In this document: piece after piece, positions 9,408-18,160 of the stretch
Numbering within the stretch: the first letter of the stretch is position 1
How the letters are laid out: every line of letters begins with the position of its first letter
Source: a virus
Taxonomy: Duplodnaviria; Caudoviricetes
Length of the DNA: 25,725 nucleotides
Strand: one strand, 5' to 3'
IMG/VR virus record: IMGVR_UViG_3300038976_000010
Coordinates: 1-25,725 of that record
Notes under the pieces: model-generated
Database searches by the model: none
What the model was told of the DNA's origin: nothing
Seen by the model: the letters and a program-made list of their open reading frames with translations, nothing else
Translations under genes and position numbers: made by a program

Positions 9408-9817
9408 GGCGAGTCACTCACCTGCAGCTCCCAGTTCACGATGTCGCCGGACGCCGGGTTGGTCGCCGTCGCGCCATCCGCCGCCGTGCACTGGATCGAG
9501 AACGTGGAGAAACCAGCGGTGCCCGCGAGCGCCGCAGCCGGGATGCCGGTGATGAACGCCTGCTTCGCCGCGCTCGGCACGGTGCCGGCGACCGCACCCG
9601 CGATGTTGGCGTCGCTCTTGATGGAGCGGCGATACGCCCGGTGAATGACGCCGTCGTAGCGGCCGGCGGTGGCGTTCTTGGTGAACGTGACGCCGCCGTT
9701 GCGGGTGTCGGTCTGGGCGCCGACCGCCCCGGCCGCGCCGATCGTGATCGAGCCGGCCAGAATCGTGATGTTCGGCTGGATCGTCTTCGGGTTCCGGTGC
9801 TTCTGAAGTTCTCCCAT
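9404..9817 (-). CDS. putative capsid decoration/minor virion protein (137 aa)
   Basis: AAAGGA RBS; beta-rich and Ala/Gly/Thr-rich; immediately follows the major capsid gene. Confidence 0.55.
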   Translation of the reverse strand: MGELQKHRNPKTIQPNITILAGSITIGAAGAVGAQTDTRNGGVTFTKNATAGRYDGVIHRAYRRSIKSDANIAGAVAGTVPSAAKQAFITGIPAAALAGTAGFSTFSIQCTAADGATATNPASGDIVNWELQVSDSP

Positions 9818-9834
9818 GATGGTCCTTTTGAAGA

Positions 9835-9867
9835 GCCCGGGGCGGCGGTGTTGCTACCGCCCCAGGC
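9835..9867 (-). terminator. GC-rich hairpin after the major capsid gene (weak terminator or mRNA stabiliser)
   Basis: minus strand GCCTGGGGCGGT-AGCAACACC-GCCGCCCCGGGC followed by TCTTC; only a short U tract. Confidence 0.4.
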
Positions 9868-9879
9868 GCCTCGGGTGGG

Positions 9880-11148
9880 TTACGCCAGCTTGATCACCGA
9901 GAACTGCGCGCCGTTCTCCAGCGTCATGGTCTCGAAGGCCTCGGTGCGCGCCTCGAGGCCCGCGTCCGCCGACTGACGGAGAACGCTGTTGCCATCGGCC
10001 TCGTCCATGTGGGGGGCGGGACCGATCGACGGGTGATGGAACGCGTCCGGGTTGCCCACGTACGCCTCCGAGTTCGGGCAGTACATGTCGCTGATGACCG
10101 GAAGCTCCACGCCATCGGCGTAGACGACCAGGGCCTTGTAGCCCGTGCCGCCGCGACCGGTGATCTGGGTGTACTGCTTGTCCTCCATCGAGGCGGAAAG
10201 CTCGATGAACTTGTCGACCGAGACCGCCGCCACCAGCCGCTCGGCGTGGCCGACGGTGGAGCAGAGGTTGGCCGCCTCGACCAGGCACTGCGCCAGCGAC
10301 TTGCCGGACGCGGTGCCGTCGATGATCCACCCGTACAGGAACGAGTTGGAGCTGCGGTCGACGCCGTAGTCCGGGCCGACGCCGGGCGCCGTGGTGGGGC
10401 ACCAGAAGCCGAGGCCGGGAGGACGGAGCCGGGTCGGGGTGGCCGAGTCCTGACGGTCGCCCTTGGTGAAGATCACGTCGTTCTGCGTGAGGCCTGTGAT
10501 GGCGTTCAGCGCGGTGTCCAGCGTGATGATGCCGTTGACGTAGTCGACCTTGGTCACCACGGCGGACTGACCGGCGCGCAGCACGCTGGCGCCGATGGTC
10601 TGCGAGAACACCAGCTTCATGCCCTTCACGAAGCGGAACGAGCAGCTTCGATCGGCTGCGCCGGTGCGCGGGTTGCCGACGGTGATCGTGAAGCCCGCGC
10701 CAATGGCGTTGGTCACGGTCCCGAGCTCGCCGAACCCCGTGGTGTAGAGCGCGACCGACCGACGGTGCGCCGAGTAGCGCAGGGCCGAGTCGATTTCGTT
10801 CTTCAGCGCCGGGATCCAGCCACCCGCCTGGTTGCGGGTCTTCGCGATCATTTCCTTGCTCACCGACGGAGCCTGGAAATCGTTCATCCAGTCCACCTTG
10901 AACTGGAAGCCAGATGAGCCGGCGTTCTGGCCGCGCTCCTGCGCCTGCGAGAAGTCAGCGGACCCCGAGGGGTTGTCGCCGACCATCGTCAGGAAGTTGT
11001 AGGAATCACCGCCCGGCTTCGAGCTGTCGTGATTGATCAGGTTCAGGAGCCGAGACTCCTTCTTGCTGATCGTGTTGATGACGAACGAAGGGCTGTAGTA
11101 CCGCTTTACGAACGCGGAGCCCGTGGTGCTGGTCTGTCCAGATGCCAT
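9880..11148 (-). CDS. major capsid protein (422 aa)
   Basis: strong GAGGAG RBS; size and position after the scaffold; HK97-like landmarks (long helix ALKNEIDSALRYSAHRRSVALYTTGFG, late LPVISDMYCP, terminal beta strand); downstream hairpin. Confidence 0.8.
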   Translation of the reverse strand: MASGQTSTTGSAFVKRYYSPSFVINTISKKESRLLNLINHDSSKPGGDSYNFLTMVGDNPSGSADFSQAQERGQNAGSSGFQFKVDWMNDFQAPSVSKEMIAKTRNQAGGWIPALKNEIDSALRYSAHRRSVALYTTGFGELGTVTNAIGAGFTITVGNPRTGAADRSCSFRFVKGMKLVFSQTIGASVLRAGQSAVVTKVDYVNGIITLDTALNAITGLTQNDVIFTKGDRQDSATPTRLRPPGLGFWCPTTAPGVGPDYGVDRSSNSFLYGWIIDGTASGKSLAQCLVEAANLCSTVGHAERLVAAVSVDKFIELSASMEDKQYTQITGRGGTGYKALVVYADGVELPVISDMYCPNSEAYVGNPDAFHHPSIGPAPHMDEADGNSVLRQSADAGLEARTEAFETMTLENGAQFSVIKLA

Positions 11149-11158
11149 GACTTACTCC

Positions 11159-12163
11159 TCAGTGGATCCCGAGCTCGGCGTAGACCGCCGCGAGCCGCTT
11201 GCCGGGTTCCATCTCGGCCAGGTCTTCGTCGGTGACGGTGACCTCCGAGGGATGGACCGCGGACAGCGTGGTGACGCCCGTCTGCTTGGGGGCTGGCTTC
11301 GCTGCACTGCCTGGCGCGGGTTTCGGTGCAGCCGGAGCCGCAGCCTGGGCCCCGCGGGGCCCGAACTTCTTCGACTTGCCGAGGGCCGACTCGTAGAAGG
11401 CCTCCAGCTTCGCCGCGGCCTGCGACGCCGTGAGCGTCTGCTTGGTCGCCGCATAGTGCTGGGTGATCATCTCGATGACCGTCGCGTGAGCGGCGGCGCC
11501 AAGGCTGTTCACCAGGTCGAACTTCTCGCCGGCCGCGATCACCTCGTCGGTGATTCCCTTCTGCCAGCGCGCGATCGCGTCCCGCTGGTCGGCCTCGGTC
11601 TTCGCCTTCAGCTCGGCTTCTTGGCGGTCCTTCAGCTCCTTGCGGAGCTTGGCCACCTCGCGCTCTGCGGACGGCTTCGACAGGTCGGCGATCGCATCGA
11701 TCACCGTGTCGACCAGGGCCTCACCGCCGAGTTCGATCAGCGCGGACGCCGGATCGCTCTTCAGCTTGGCCACGAAGGCGTCGTAGGCGCCTGCCTTCTC
11801 GCCGTTCGTCTTGGCCGATTCGATCGCGGCCTTCGCCTCGGCCTGCAGCTCGAACAGCTTCTGCTTCTCCGCCTCCAGCTTCGAGAAGCCGCGACGCAGA
11901 ACGGTATCGTTCTGCACCGGCTCGGCCGGCGTGGCCTCGGTGGTCTCCGTGGCGGCGGCCGGTTCGGGCTTCTTCTCGCCCTCGAACTGCGCGCCAACGG
12001 GAGCGGCGCCATGGTTCTCCAGGTCGACGCCTTCGGCCAGCATCGCGGCCATGCGCTGGCCGGGATCCATGATCGCATCGGCGCCCGACGGCGCGTCCGC
12101 AGCCGTGTCAGCCGCAGCAGCAGCCGCGACCGCAGGCCCGGACGTGGTTTCGCCAGCGGCCAT
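11159..12163 (-). CDS. putative capsid scaffolding protein (334 aa)
   Basis: acidic Ala/Glu/Pro N-terminus, coiled-coil core, Pro/Ala linker and short C-terminal helix; directly upstream of the capsid gene. Confidence 0.7.
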   Translation of the reverse strand: MAAGETTSGPAVAAAAAADTAADAPSGADAIMDPGQRMAAMLAEGVDLENHGAAPVGAQFEGEKKPEPAAATETTEATPAEPVQNDTVLRRGFSKLEAEKQKLFELQAEAKAAIESAKTNGEKAGAYDAFVAKLKSDPASALIELGGEALVDTVIDAIADLSKPSAEREVAKLRKELKDRQEAELKAKTEADQRDAIARWQKGITDEVIAAGEKFDLVNSLGAAAHATVIEMITQHYAATKQTLTASQAAAKLEAFYESALGKSKKFGPRGAQAAAPAAPKPAPGSAAKPAPKQTGVTTLSAVHPSEVTVTDEDLAEMEPGKRLAAVYAELGIH

Positions 12164-12166
12164 GGA

Positions 12167-12508
12167 CTACTCCGCGGCCTCCGCGTCGGCATCCAGCGCG
12201 CGCAGTTGCTGCAGGATCTGTTCGGAGAACAGCCCCCGCTCTTCGCAGTCGACGATTTCCTTGGGCGTGAGCAGCTTCAGGTTCCAGAGGCGCTCGGCGT
12301 CTTGGTAGTCGCGAATCACGCGCGGCCCGGTGCCGCCGGTGACGGCGCGCTCCTTCTCGCGCTCGGCGCGGATGCGCCGGATCGCCTCGGCCTGGGTCTC
12401 CGTGACGCCTGCGACGACGTCGAGCCCCTTGGCGGCGTTGCCCTCGGCCTCGTTCGCGGCCAGGACGTCTTCAGCGGTCAGATCGGCGGGTGCAGTCTTC
12501 TTTGCCAT
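12167..12508 (-). CDS. hypothetical protein (113 aa)
   Basis: charged helical protein; preceded by late motif copy C and followed 3 nt later by the scaffold start. Confidence 0.7.
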   Translation of the reverse strand: MAKKTAPADLTAEDVLAANEAEGNAAKGLDVVAGVTETQAEAIRRIRAEREKERAVTGGTGPRVIRDYQDAERLWNLKLLTPKEIVDCEERGLFSEQILQQLRALDADAEAAE

Positions 12509-12513
12509 AACCG

Positions 12514-12528
12514 GGCCCGCGTGGTTGC
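12514..12528 (-). promoter_or_regulatory. late-promoter-like motif copy C (GCAACCACGCGGGCC)
   Basis: 5 nt upstream of ATG 12508 in a 34-bp gap; no Shine-Dalgarno; heads the scaffold-capsid unit. Confidence 0.65.
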
Positions 12529-12542
12529 GGGGCCGGTCGGCG

Positions 12543-12983
12543 CTACCCGGAGACCAGCATCCCGACGATCAGGATGTCCCCGGTGAGCTGGCTTGGCCCG
12601 ATGGCCGCGCGCTCTACCTCGAACGAGAGTGAGCCTGCGCGCAGATTCGGAGGGACGTACGGCGAAACCACCAGCGGCGGCATCGCGTAGCCGCCAACCT
12701 GCGCGCCAGCCGGCACAATGAACAGCGGCATCACGTCGTCGTGCGTGGCGTTCCCGCCGATCCGGATTCGCGCGGCGGTCGTGACCGCTCCGACCTTGGA
12801 CCGCAACACGGCGTAGGCGAATTGCGGGAATACCAGCGCGTCATCTGCGGGGTCACCGAAGGTGAACGCCGGAACGATTTCATAGACGCCGGTCGCCGTG
12901 AGGTCGACGCCCTTGATTCGCCCAGAAACGACGCCAGTCGTCTCACCAAAGCTCGCCCACGGGTTCGTCGAGGACGACGTCAC
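12543..12983 (-). CDS. putative virion protein, beta-rich (146 aa)
   Basis: GTG 12983 overlaps the upstream TGA (GTGA) and is in frame with the ORF-track call 12543..12998. Confidence 0.6.
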   Translation of the reverse strand: MTSSSTNPWASFGETTGVVSGRIKGVDLTATGVYEIVPAFTFGDPADDALVFPQFAYAVLRSKVGAVTTAARIRIGGNATHDDVMPLFIVPAGAQVGGYAMPPLVVSPYVPPNLRAGSLSFEVERAAIGPSQLTGDILIVGMLVSG

Positions 12984-13927
12984 GCTGGCACTCCCCACAG
13001 TGTGATGGTCCCCGTGGTGTTACTGGGAAACGCGATGTCCAGTCCGGTCGCGCCGTTGCCCGCCGTGGTGGTCTGGCCGGTCACGTGGATAGCGTACGGC
13101 GGGCTGATAGCGTCGAGGTTGACGATTCGCGCACCGCCAGACTTGCAGTACCAGGTCCCCCGGAACGTGAACACGGTGGATTGCAGGGCGATGGAGACGT
13201 TCGCCCCGTCGGTCAGTGACAAGGCGCCATTCCCTGAGCCACCCGACGAGTAGCCGCCCGCCACGTTTCGCAGCGTGAACGTCGGGGTCTCGTTCGCCGC
13301 GGAAGAACCGCGAAAAATGAACGTGATTTCCTCGTACAGGTCAGCGGCCCAGCCGGGGGATGCGTACGACGCGGCGGCCACGAGCGACGTCCCCGGATCA
13401 ATCAGCACCGGCACCTTCACGCGCCCCGCCGCGTTCCCCGAGTTCAGGCCATAAACAGGCGGGATGCCGACCCCGCCGCTCATCAAGAACGCGCCAGCCG
13501 CGACGTCCGCCAGGACGGCGGCGTTGCCGCTGGCGTCGTACAGCAGCACCGCGCCCGGCGTCTGCTGCGCCAGCATCGCCAGCGTGATGCTGTGGGCCGT
13601 CGGGTCGACAGGCGGCGTGCCCGTCGACGTCAAGATCGGCTCGATGATGAGCTGCTCGTACCCGGACTGCGGGTAGACGACGCCCTTGGTGACGTCGGTG
13701 ATTTCGATCTGGTACGTGCCGGGGTTGGCGACGTGGCCCGCCAGCGGCTGATAGGTCCAGGTGCTCCCGGTGGCAGCGACGGCCGGCTGCGCGTTGATCA
13801 CCAGCGACCCGTACTGGTCGCGCATCGTGATCTTGAGCGTGCTGCCGGTCCAGTCGGCGATGCCCAGCTCGTCGGTGTACGGCCCGCCGCGGAACAGCTC
13901 GGTGCTACCTACCTTGCGATTCTTCAC
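12980..13927 (-). CDS. putative virion appendage protein with BppU-like N-terminal beta domain (315 aa)
   Basis: GTG 13927 overlaps the portal stop; pattern DWTGSTLKITMRD...WTYQP...PGTYQIEIT...YPQSGYEQLII resembles BppU-type N-terminal domains; fibre-like middle segment. Confidence 0.55.
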   Translation of the reverse strand: MKNRKVGSTELFRGGPYTDELGIADWTGSTLKITMRDQYGSLVINAQPAVAATGSTWTYQPLAGHVANPGTYQIEITDVTKGVVYPQSGYEQLIIEPILTSTGTPPVDPTAHSITLAMLAQQTPGAVLLYDASGNAAVLADVAAGAFLMSGGVGIPPVYGLNSGNAAGRVKVPVLIDPGTSLVAAASYASPGWAADLYEEITFIFRGSSAANETPTFTLRNVAGGYSSGGSGNGALSLTDGANVSIALQSTVFTFRGTWYCKSGGARIVNLDAISPPYAIHVTGQTTTAGNGATGLDIAFPSNTTGTITLWGVPA

Positions 13928-15804
13928 GCTGCCACCGCCTGCGTGGGCGCGGGAACGGGAGCGCCGGGCACTGGCGCGGGGGGCGCCGCGGGCGCGGGCG
14001 TGATCTGCTTCTTCAGCTCGGCCGTGTCGTCCAGGAACTTGTAGAGCTTGTCCAAGTCCTTGGCGGGGACCTTCTCCAGCCGCCCCATGCTCAGGTGCTG
14101 GCCGGCGATTCGCAGGCAGGCGTCGAGGTCCATCGTTGGCTCGGGTCCCTCGTACCGACCGCCCGACAGCATCTCGTCGCACATGCGCTCGATGTCCTTC
14201 TCGGCGGCGCGGCTCGCGCTGGTGGCGGCGTCGACGTCCAGGTCATCGAGCGCGGCCTCGGCCCGTTTGGGTGACCAGATGCCGCGATCCACCAGGTCGG
14301 CCACCCGGTCGATGCGCCCCTGGGGCGTGGTGGGCAACAGCGACGTCGGGTAGCCCTGGATCACGTATTGGTCCTCCTCCATGTCGACCTCGCCCCAGTC
14401 GATCGACTCCAGCAGCGCAGAGCCGGGCGCCGAAACGCGCATCTCCTTGTTGTCGGCGTAGATGTCCCGGGCGATATCGATGGCCGCGCGGGCGATGTCC
14501 AGGTGCAGTTGTTCCCAACGCTGCGCCAGCACCGCGAATCGGGCCGTCTGGATGTCGAGCGACTCGCGGATGGCCGTGCCGCTGGTGACGCCAGCCTCCT
14601 TGCGGCCGCTCGCCGTGTCGGACGAGACGCCGTAGAGCTCGAAGCCCTTCGACCAGTGGCGCTCGAGGTGCTGATACACCTCGGGCGACAGCGCGGTGGG
14701 CGACCACCACACGGGGGGCATCGAACCGAACTGGATCACCGAGCCGATGCCGTTCGTGATCTCGGACTTCAGCACCTTCGACCCGCGCTGGATGCCGACG
14801 CGGGGCACGCACGCCAGGTGCTGGGCGCGGGCGATCTTGTCCAGGAGCGTGTTGATCGCGGTCTGGTTGGGCAGCAGCACCTCGGCCGCGCTCCGACCGT
14901 ACGCGCCCGCGAGCGACCGGTCCCAGGTGAACAAGATCACAGGGAAGTAGTCGCGCTTGTACACCTCGTCGAGCAGCGTTCCACCCTGGCCGGCGATGGC
15001 GATGCAGTGCCGCCCGTCCTTGGCGTTCGGCGTGCTCGGCAGGTGCCAGCCCTCGTACACCTCAATGAGCGACGCCTGCGCGCCGTTGTGCACCGGGTCG
15101 GCCGCGGTCGCCCGCCGGATCGCATCGGCGCACTTCGGGAACCGCGACAGCAGCATCGAGCGGTCGATGAAGCGACGCCGGTACATGGACCGAGGCGTCC
15201 CATAGATGCCGTCGTTGGCGTCGATCAGGATCTCGCACGCCAGGATGCGAGCCATGCGCACCCGGTCACCGTCGCGGTACACCTCCAGCGCGCCCACGTC
15301 GAACACGCCCGCGTCGACGAACACCTGCTGGGTCTTCTCGTAGGCCTTCGCCTCCTGAAACAGCCCGTCGCAGTACAGCGTCAGCTTCTTCGCGCGCCGC
15401 TTCTGCTTGTAGTTGCCGCCCGTGGTCAGGAACCGGGCGCGCGGCTTCGTGCGGCTCACCTGGGAGGCCACCGTCTGCACGACGCTGCGGATCTGGTTCC
15501 AGCTGACGTCCACCGTGCTAGCCAGCGACGTCGCGCCCTGGCTCAGCACCGCGGCCCCGCCGTACTGGTACAGCGACGTGAGCGCACGGCCCTCGTAGCA
15601 GCTTCCGTACAGCAGGTTCAGGTCGTTCCGCATCATCTCGGGCGACGACGTCTCGATCTGCTTGGCCAGCGCCACCATCGCGGCGCCGCGCTCGTCCAGC
15701 GTCTCGGGCCACCAGCCGAGCTGCGGCCCGGCCACGTCGCGCCGGCTGTAGTCGTGGACGCCGATGACCGGCTGCGGCTTGTTCTTGAACTTCGCCGTCG
15801 CCAT
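13924..15804 (-). CDS. portal protein (626 aa)
   Basis: size and position after TerL; SWNQIRSVVQTV, IEVYEGW, YFPVILF, YGRSAAEVLLPNQTAIN and GVTSGTAI segments match podovirus (P22-like) portal organisation. Confidence 0.85.
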   Translation of the reverse strand: MATAKFKNKPQPVIGVHDYSRRDVAGPQLGWWPETLDERGAAMVALAKQIETSSPEMMRNDLNLLYGSCYEGRALTSLYQYGGAAVLSQGATSLASTVDVSWNQIRSVVQTVASQVSRTKPRARFLTTGGNYKQKRRAKKLTLYCDGLFQEAKAYEKTQQVFVDAGVFDVGALEVYRDGDRVRMARILACEILIDANDGIYGTPRSMYRRRFIDRSMLLSRFPKCADAIRRATAADPVHNGAQASLIEVYEGWHLPSTPNAKDGRHCIAIAGQGGTLLDEVYKRDYFPVILFTWDRSLAGAYGRSAAEVLLPNQTAINTLLDKIARAQHLACVPRVGIQRGSKVLKSEITNGIGSVIQFGSMPPVWWSPTALSPEVYQHLERHWSKGFELYGVSSDTASGRKEAGVTSGTAIRESLDIQTARFAVLAQRWEQLHLDIARAAIDIARDIYADNKEMRVSAPGSALLESIDWGEVDMEEDQYVIQGYPTSLLPTTPQGRIDRVADLVDRGIWSPKRAEAALDDLDVDAATSASRAAEKDIERMCDEMLSGGRYEGPEPTMDLDACLRIAGQHLSMGRLEKVPAKDLDKLYKFLDDTAELKKQITPAPAAPPAPVPGAPVPAPTQAVAA

Positions 15805-16040
15805 CAGGACCGCTTCGCCTTCTTCGCGGCTTCGCGCTCGGCGTACAGCTGGCGGATCAGCGCCCCGGGGTCAGGGGTGCCGGGCGGCAATGACAGCTCA
15901 CCGGCACCCGTCGCGTCTTCCTTGTCGACAACGGGCGCGATCGGGCCGCCAAACGTCACCGAAACGGCGCCATCGGTGTACGACAGGACGCCAGCGGCGT
16001 TCAGCGTGCGCAATAGCGCCTTGAGCTGCTTTGTTCCCAT
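15804..16040 (-). CDS. hypothetical protein (78 aa)
   Basis: TGATG-coupled to the portal; preceded by late motif copy B. Confidence 0.7.
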   Translation of the reverse strand: MGTKQLKALLRTLNAAGVLSYTDGAVSVTFGGPIAPVVDKEDATGAGELSLPPGTPDPGALIRQLYAEREAAKKAKRS

Positions 16041-16045
16041 GCGGT

Positions 16046-16060
16046 GGCCCGCACGGTTGC
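16046..16060 (-). promoter_or_regulatory. late-promoter-like motif copy B (GCAACCGTGCGGGCC)
   Basis: 5 nt upstream of ATG 16040; no Shine-Dalgarno; 9 nt from palindrome copy 2. Confidence 0.65.
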
Positions 16061-16069
16061 TTGACGCGC

Positions 16070-16096
16070 TAGTTCATGGACATTTTGTCCAACAAC
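16070..16096 (+). promoter_or_regulatory. 27-bp imperfect palindrome, copy 2 (TAGTTCATGGACATTTTGTCCAACAAC)
   Basis: intergenic, abutting the TerL stop; 21 bp (16078-16098) identical to 24520-24540. Confidence 0.8.
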
Positions 16097-17632
16097 TCAG
16101 CCGAACAGGTCATCGACGAGCTGCTCCTCTTCCAGCTCCGGATCGCCGTTGCCGCCGCGCTTCGCGTTGTACTCGCGCTGGCGCTTGATCATCGCGGCTC
16201 GCTTGGCCAGCTCCACCGGCACGGGCTTGGGCGGCTCCACGTAGGCGTTGTAGTAGCCCTGCAACCCGTAGCGTCCGGCCTCGCTCGGGTCGGGATGCCA
16301 CTGGCTGGACCAGCGCCAGGTGCCTTTCGCGCGCGCCTCGGTGTCGAACCGGGCGCGCTGGTAGTCCTCTTCCAGCGCCGAGCCGATGATCACCTTCAGG
16401 TAGCCCTTGGTCAGCAAGTCGTTGTTGCGGCGGACCTGGCCGGGGAAGTCAGTCTTGGTTGCAGCGCGCACCAGTGGGATGCCGTAGTCCGTCCCGAAGG
16501 TGTCGATTTCCAGGGAGCCACTGCCAGGGTCCCAAAAGATGTTGTCCGTCGGGTAGTGCTCCACCGCGATCGCCAGCGTCGAGGCGATCTCGGACAGCGG
16601 CACCGGCGTGTCGCGCGGCGTGACCCACTCGAAGACATGCTGAATCTCGTGCGTGTGCTCGCCCCACCCCCAGACCACGATGCTGGTGCGGTCGCCACCG
16701 CCCGGGTCGATGCCGATCGTGAACTGGTCGATTCCGTCGTGCGGCACGGCGGCGCGCGCCTTCCCGTGCTCCCAGTCCACGTGCTTGAACCAGTCGGGCG
16801 TCTCGGCCTTGTAGCCGTTCAGCTCCTGGCGGTAGCGGTAGGCCGTCGCGCTAGTGTCCCAGACGCGCTTCATGAACCAGTCGCGCTGGATCTGCGGGTC
16901 GTCCTCGGTGAGGCCGTGGTCCCGCATGTACTTCGCGAGCTGCTCCATCGCCTCGGGCGTGTGGATGTTCGCGGCGCGCCCCCATTCGTGGTGTCGCCAG
17001 CCGGTACAGGTGCACTTGGCCCCACCGAGGCCGCCCGGGTGCGCAAGGTCGTAGAACGGCCCAGCCGGGACGTCGGGCAGCACGCCGGACAGGATGATTC
17101 GCGACTTCGGCCCCAGCATCGGGGGCAGCAGCGTGTTCAGGATGTAGCGCAGCACCTGGGGCGGCTGGTCCTGCGCCTCGTCGATGATGACGATGCCGTA
17201 GTTTCGCAGCGAATTGCCAAGGAACTTGCGCACGTTCGACAGGTCGTCGGTGCCGCCGAACATTACGCGCGAGCCGTTCGGCCACGTCGTGACCATCGAC
17301 GTTTCGTTGTGCCAGTCCGATGGGATGCCGTGCATCTCGCACAGCCCCTGCTTCCACGTCGGCACCCAGTTCGAGACTCGGACGCCCGTGCCCTTCAGCC
17401 CCAGGAACAGGCCAGCGCTGCGCGGGTGCTCGTCGGCGTTCTGCCCGAGGATGAAGTCGTCGCCCCAGGTCTTCCCGGACTGCCGCGCGCACTGGGCGTG
17501 CGAGAAGGGCGAGCGGTCGGTGATGAAACCGTACTGCGGCTCGTGCTGGCCTGCGAAGGCACGCGGATCCCACCGCTTCCGCAGCGCGCGCGCGGCGAGC
17601 TCGGCCAGGATGGCGCGCGTCTCGGAGGTCAC
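16097..17632 (-). CDS. terL: terminase large subunit
   Basis: Walker A ARQSGKT, Walker B VIIDEAQ, nuclease-domain IGIDPG and HPDPSEAGRY; GTG 17632 overlaps the upstream stop (alternative GTG 17659). Confidence 0.92.
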   Translation of the reverse strand: MTSETRAILAELAARALRKRWDPRAFAGQHEPQYGFITDRSPFSHAQCARQSGKTWGDDFILGQNADEHPRSAGLFLGLKGTGVRVSNWVPTWKQGLCEMHGIPSDWHNETSMVTTWPNGSRVMFGGTDDLSNVRKFLGNSLRNYGIVIIDEAQDQPPQVLRYILNTLLPPMLGPKSRIILSGVLPDVPAGPFYDLAHPGGLGGAKCTCTGWRHHEWGRAANIHTPEAMEQLAKYMRDHGLTEDDPQIQRDWFMKRVWDTSATAYRYRQELNGYKAETPDWFKHVDWEHGKARAAVPHDGIDQFTIGIDPGGGDRTSIVVWGWGEHTHEIQHVFEWVTPRDTPVPLSEIASTLAIAVEHYPTDNIFWDPGSGSLEIDTFGTDYGIPLVRAATKTDFPGQVRRNNDLLTKGYLKVIIGSALEEDYQRARFDTEARAKGTWRWSSQWHPDPSEAGRYGLQGYYNAYVEPPKPVPVELAKRAAMIKRQREYNAKRGGNGDPELEEEQLVDDLFG

Positions 17633-17850
17633 GTCGTGGTGGTCTCCCAGGACAGCCACGTCGACATGCCCTCATTGGTGATTCGGGCGCCGGTACGCTC
17701 CTGGGCGCACGTGCGGGCCTCGGCCCAGGTCGAGAATTGACGGTCGATGACCTCGCCGTCCTCGTAAAGCCGGTGGTCACCGGGTATGCCACCGTTCTGG
17801 TGGATCATGTAGCCCACGCCATCACTCGCGGTCGTCAGTTGAATCATCAT
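17629..17850 (-). CDS. hypothetical protein (73 aa)
   Basis: AAGGAG RBS upstream; stop coupled to the TerL start. Confidence 0.65.
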   Translation of the reverse strand: MMIQLTTASDGVGYMIHQNGGIPGDHRLYEDGEVIDRQFSTWAEARTCAQERTGARITNEGMSTWLSWETTTT

Positions 17851-18160
17851 CGGTGTACTCCTTGTCGTGTTGGTCCATCTCGCCCCTCAGCGCGTTCAGC
17901 TCGGCCAGCTGTTCTGGCGACAGGTCAGCATCGCGGATGGCCGGGGCACGGATGCCCGCTTCCACCTGCTTCTGCTGCTGGCCGAGAATCCACACCTGCT
18001 GCGCCTTCGTGATCGGCGGCTCGTGCCGGCTGAAGTCGTACTTGTGCCGGCGCTGCCGCGGGGCCGTCTGCACGATTGCCCCCCGGTCCAACAGCCGCTC
18101 TTCGGGCGGTTCCAGGGGCCTCAGCGCACCGGCCACCTTCAGCCATTTCCGCAGGCTCAT
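17822..18160 (-). CDS. hypothetical protein (112 aa)
   Basis: ATG 18160 overlaps the GNAT stop (ATGA); the longer ORF-track version overlaps the GNAT gene. Confidence 0.65.
   Translation of the reverse strand: MSLRKWLKVAGALRPLEPPEERLLDRGAIVQTAPRQRRHKYDFSRHEPPITKAQQVWILGQQQKQVEAGIRAPAIRDADLSPEQLAELNALRGEMDQHDKEYTDDDSTDDRE

Noticed and set aside
12510-12538. GC hairpin ACCGG-C-CCCGC...GCGGG-C-CCGGT as an intrinsic terminator
   Set aside because: It has no real U tract and overlaps late motif C and the next start, so it is not supportable as a terminator, although a structural role is not excluded
17734-17760. GAATTGACGGTC resembling the left half of the 27-bp palindrome
   Set aside because: There is no matching right arm (no TGTCC), so it is probably chance
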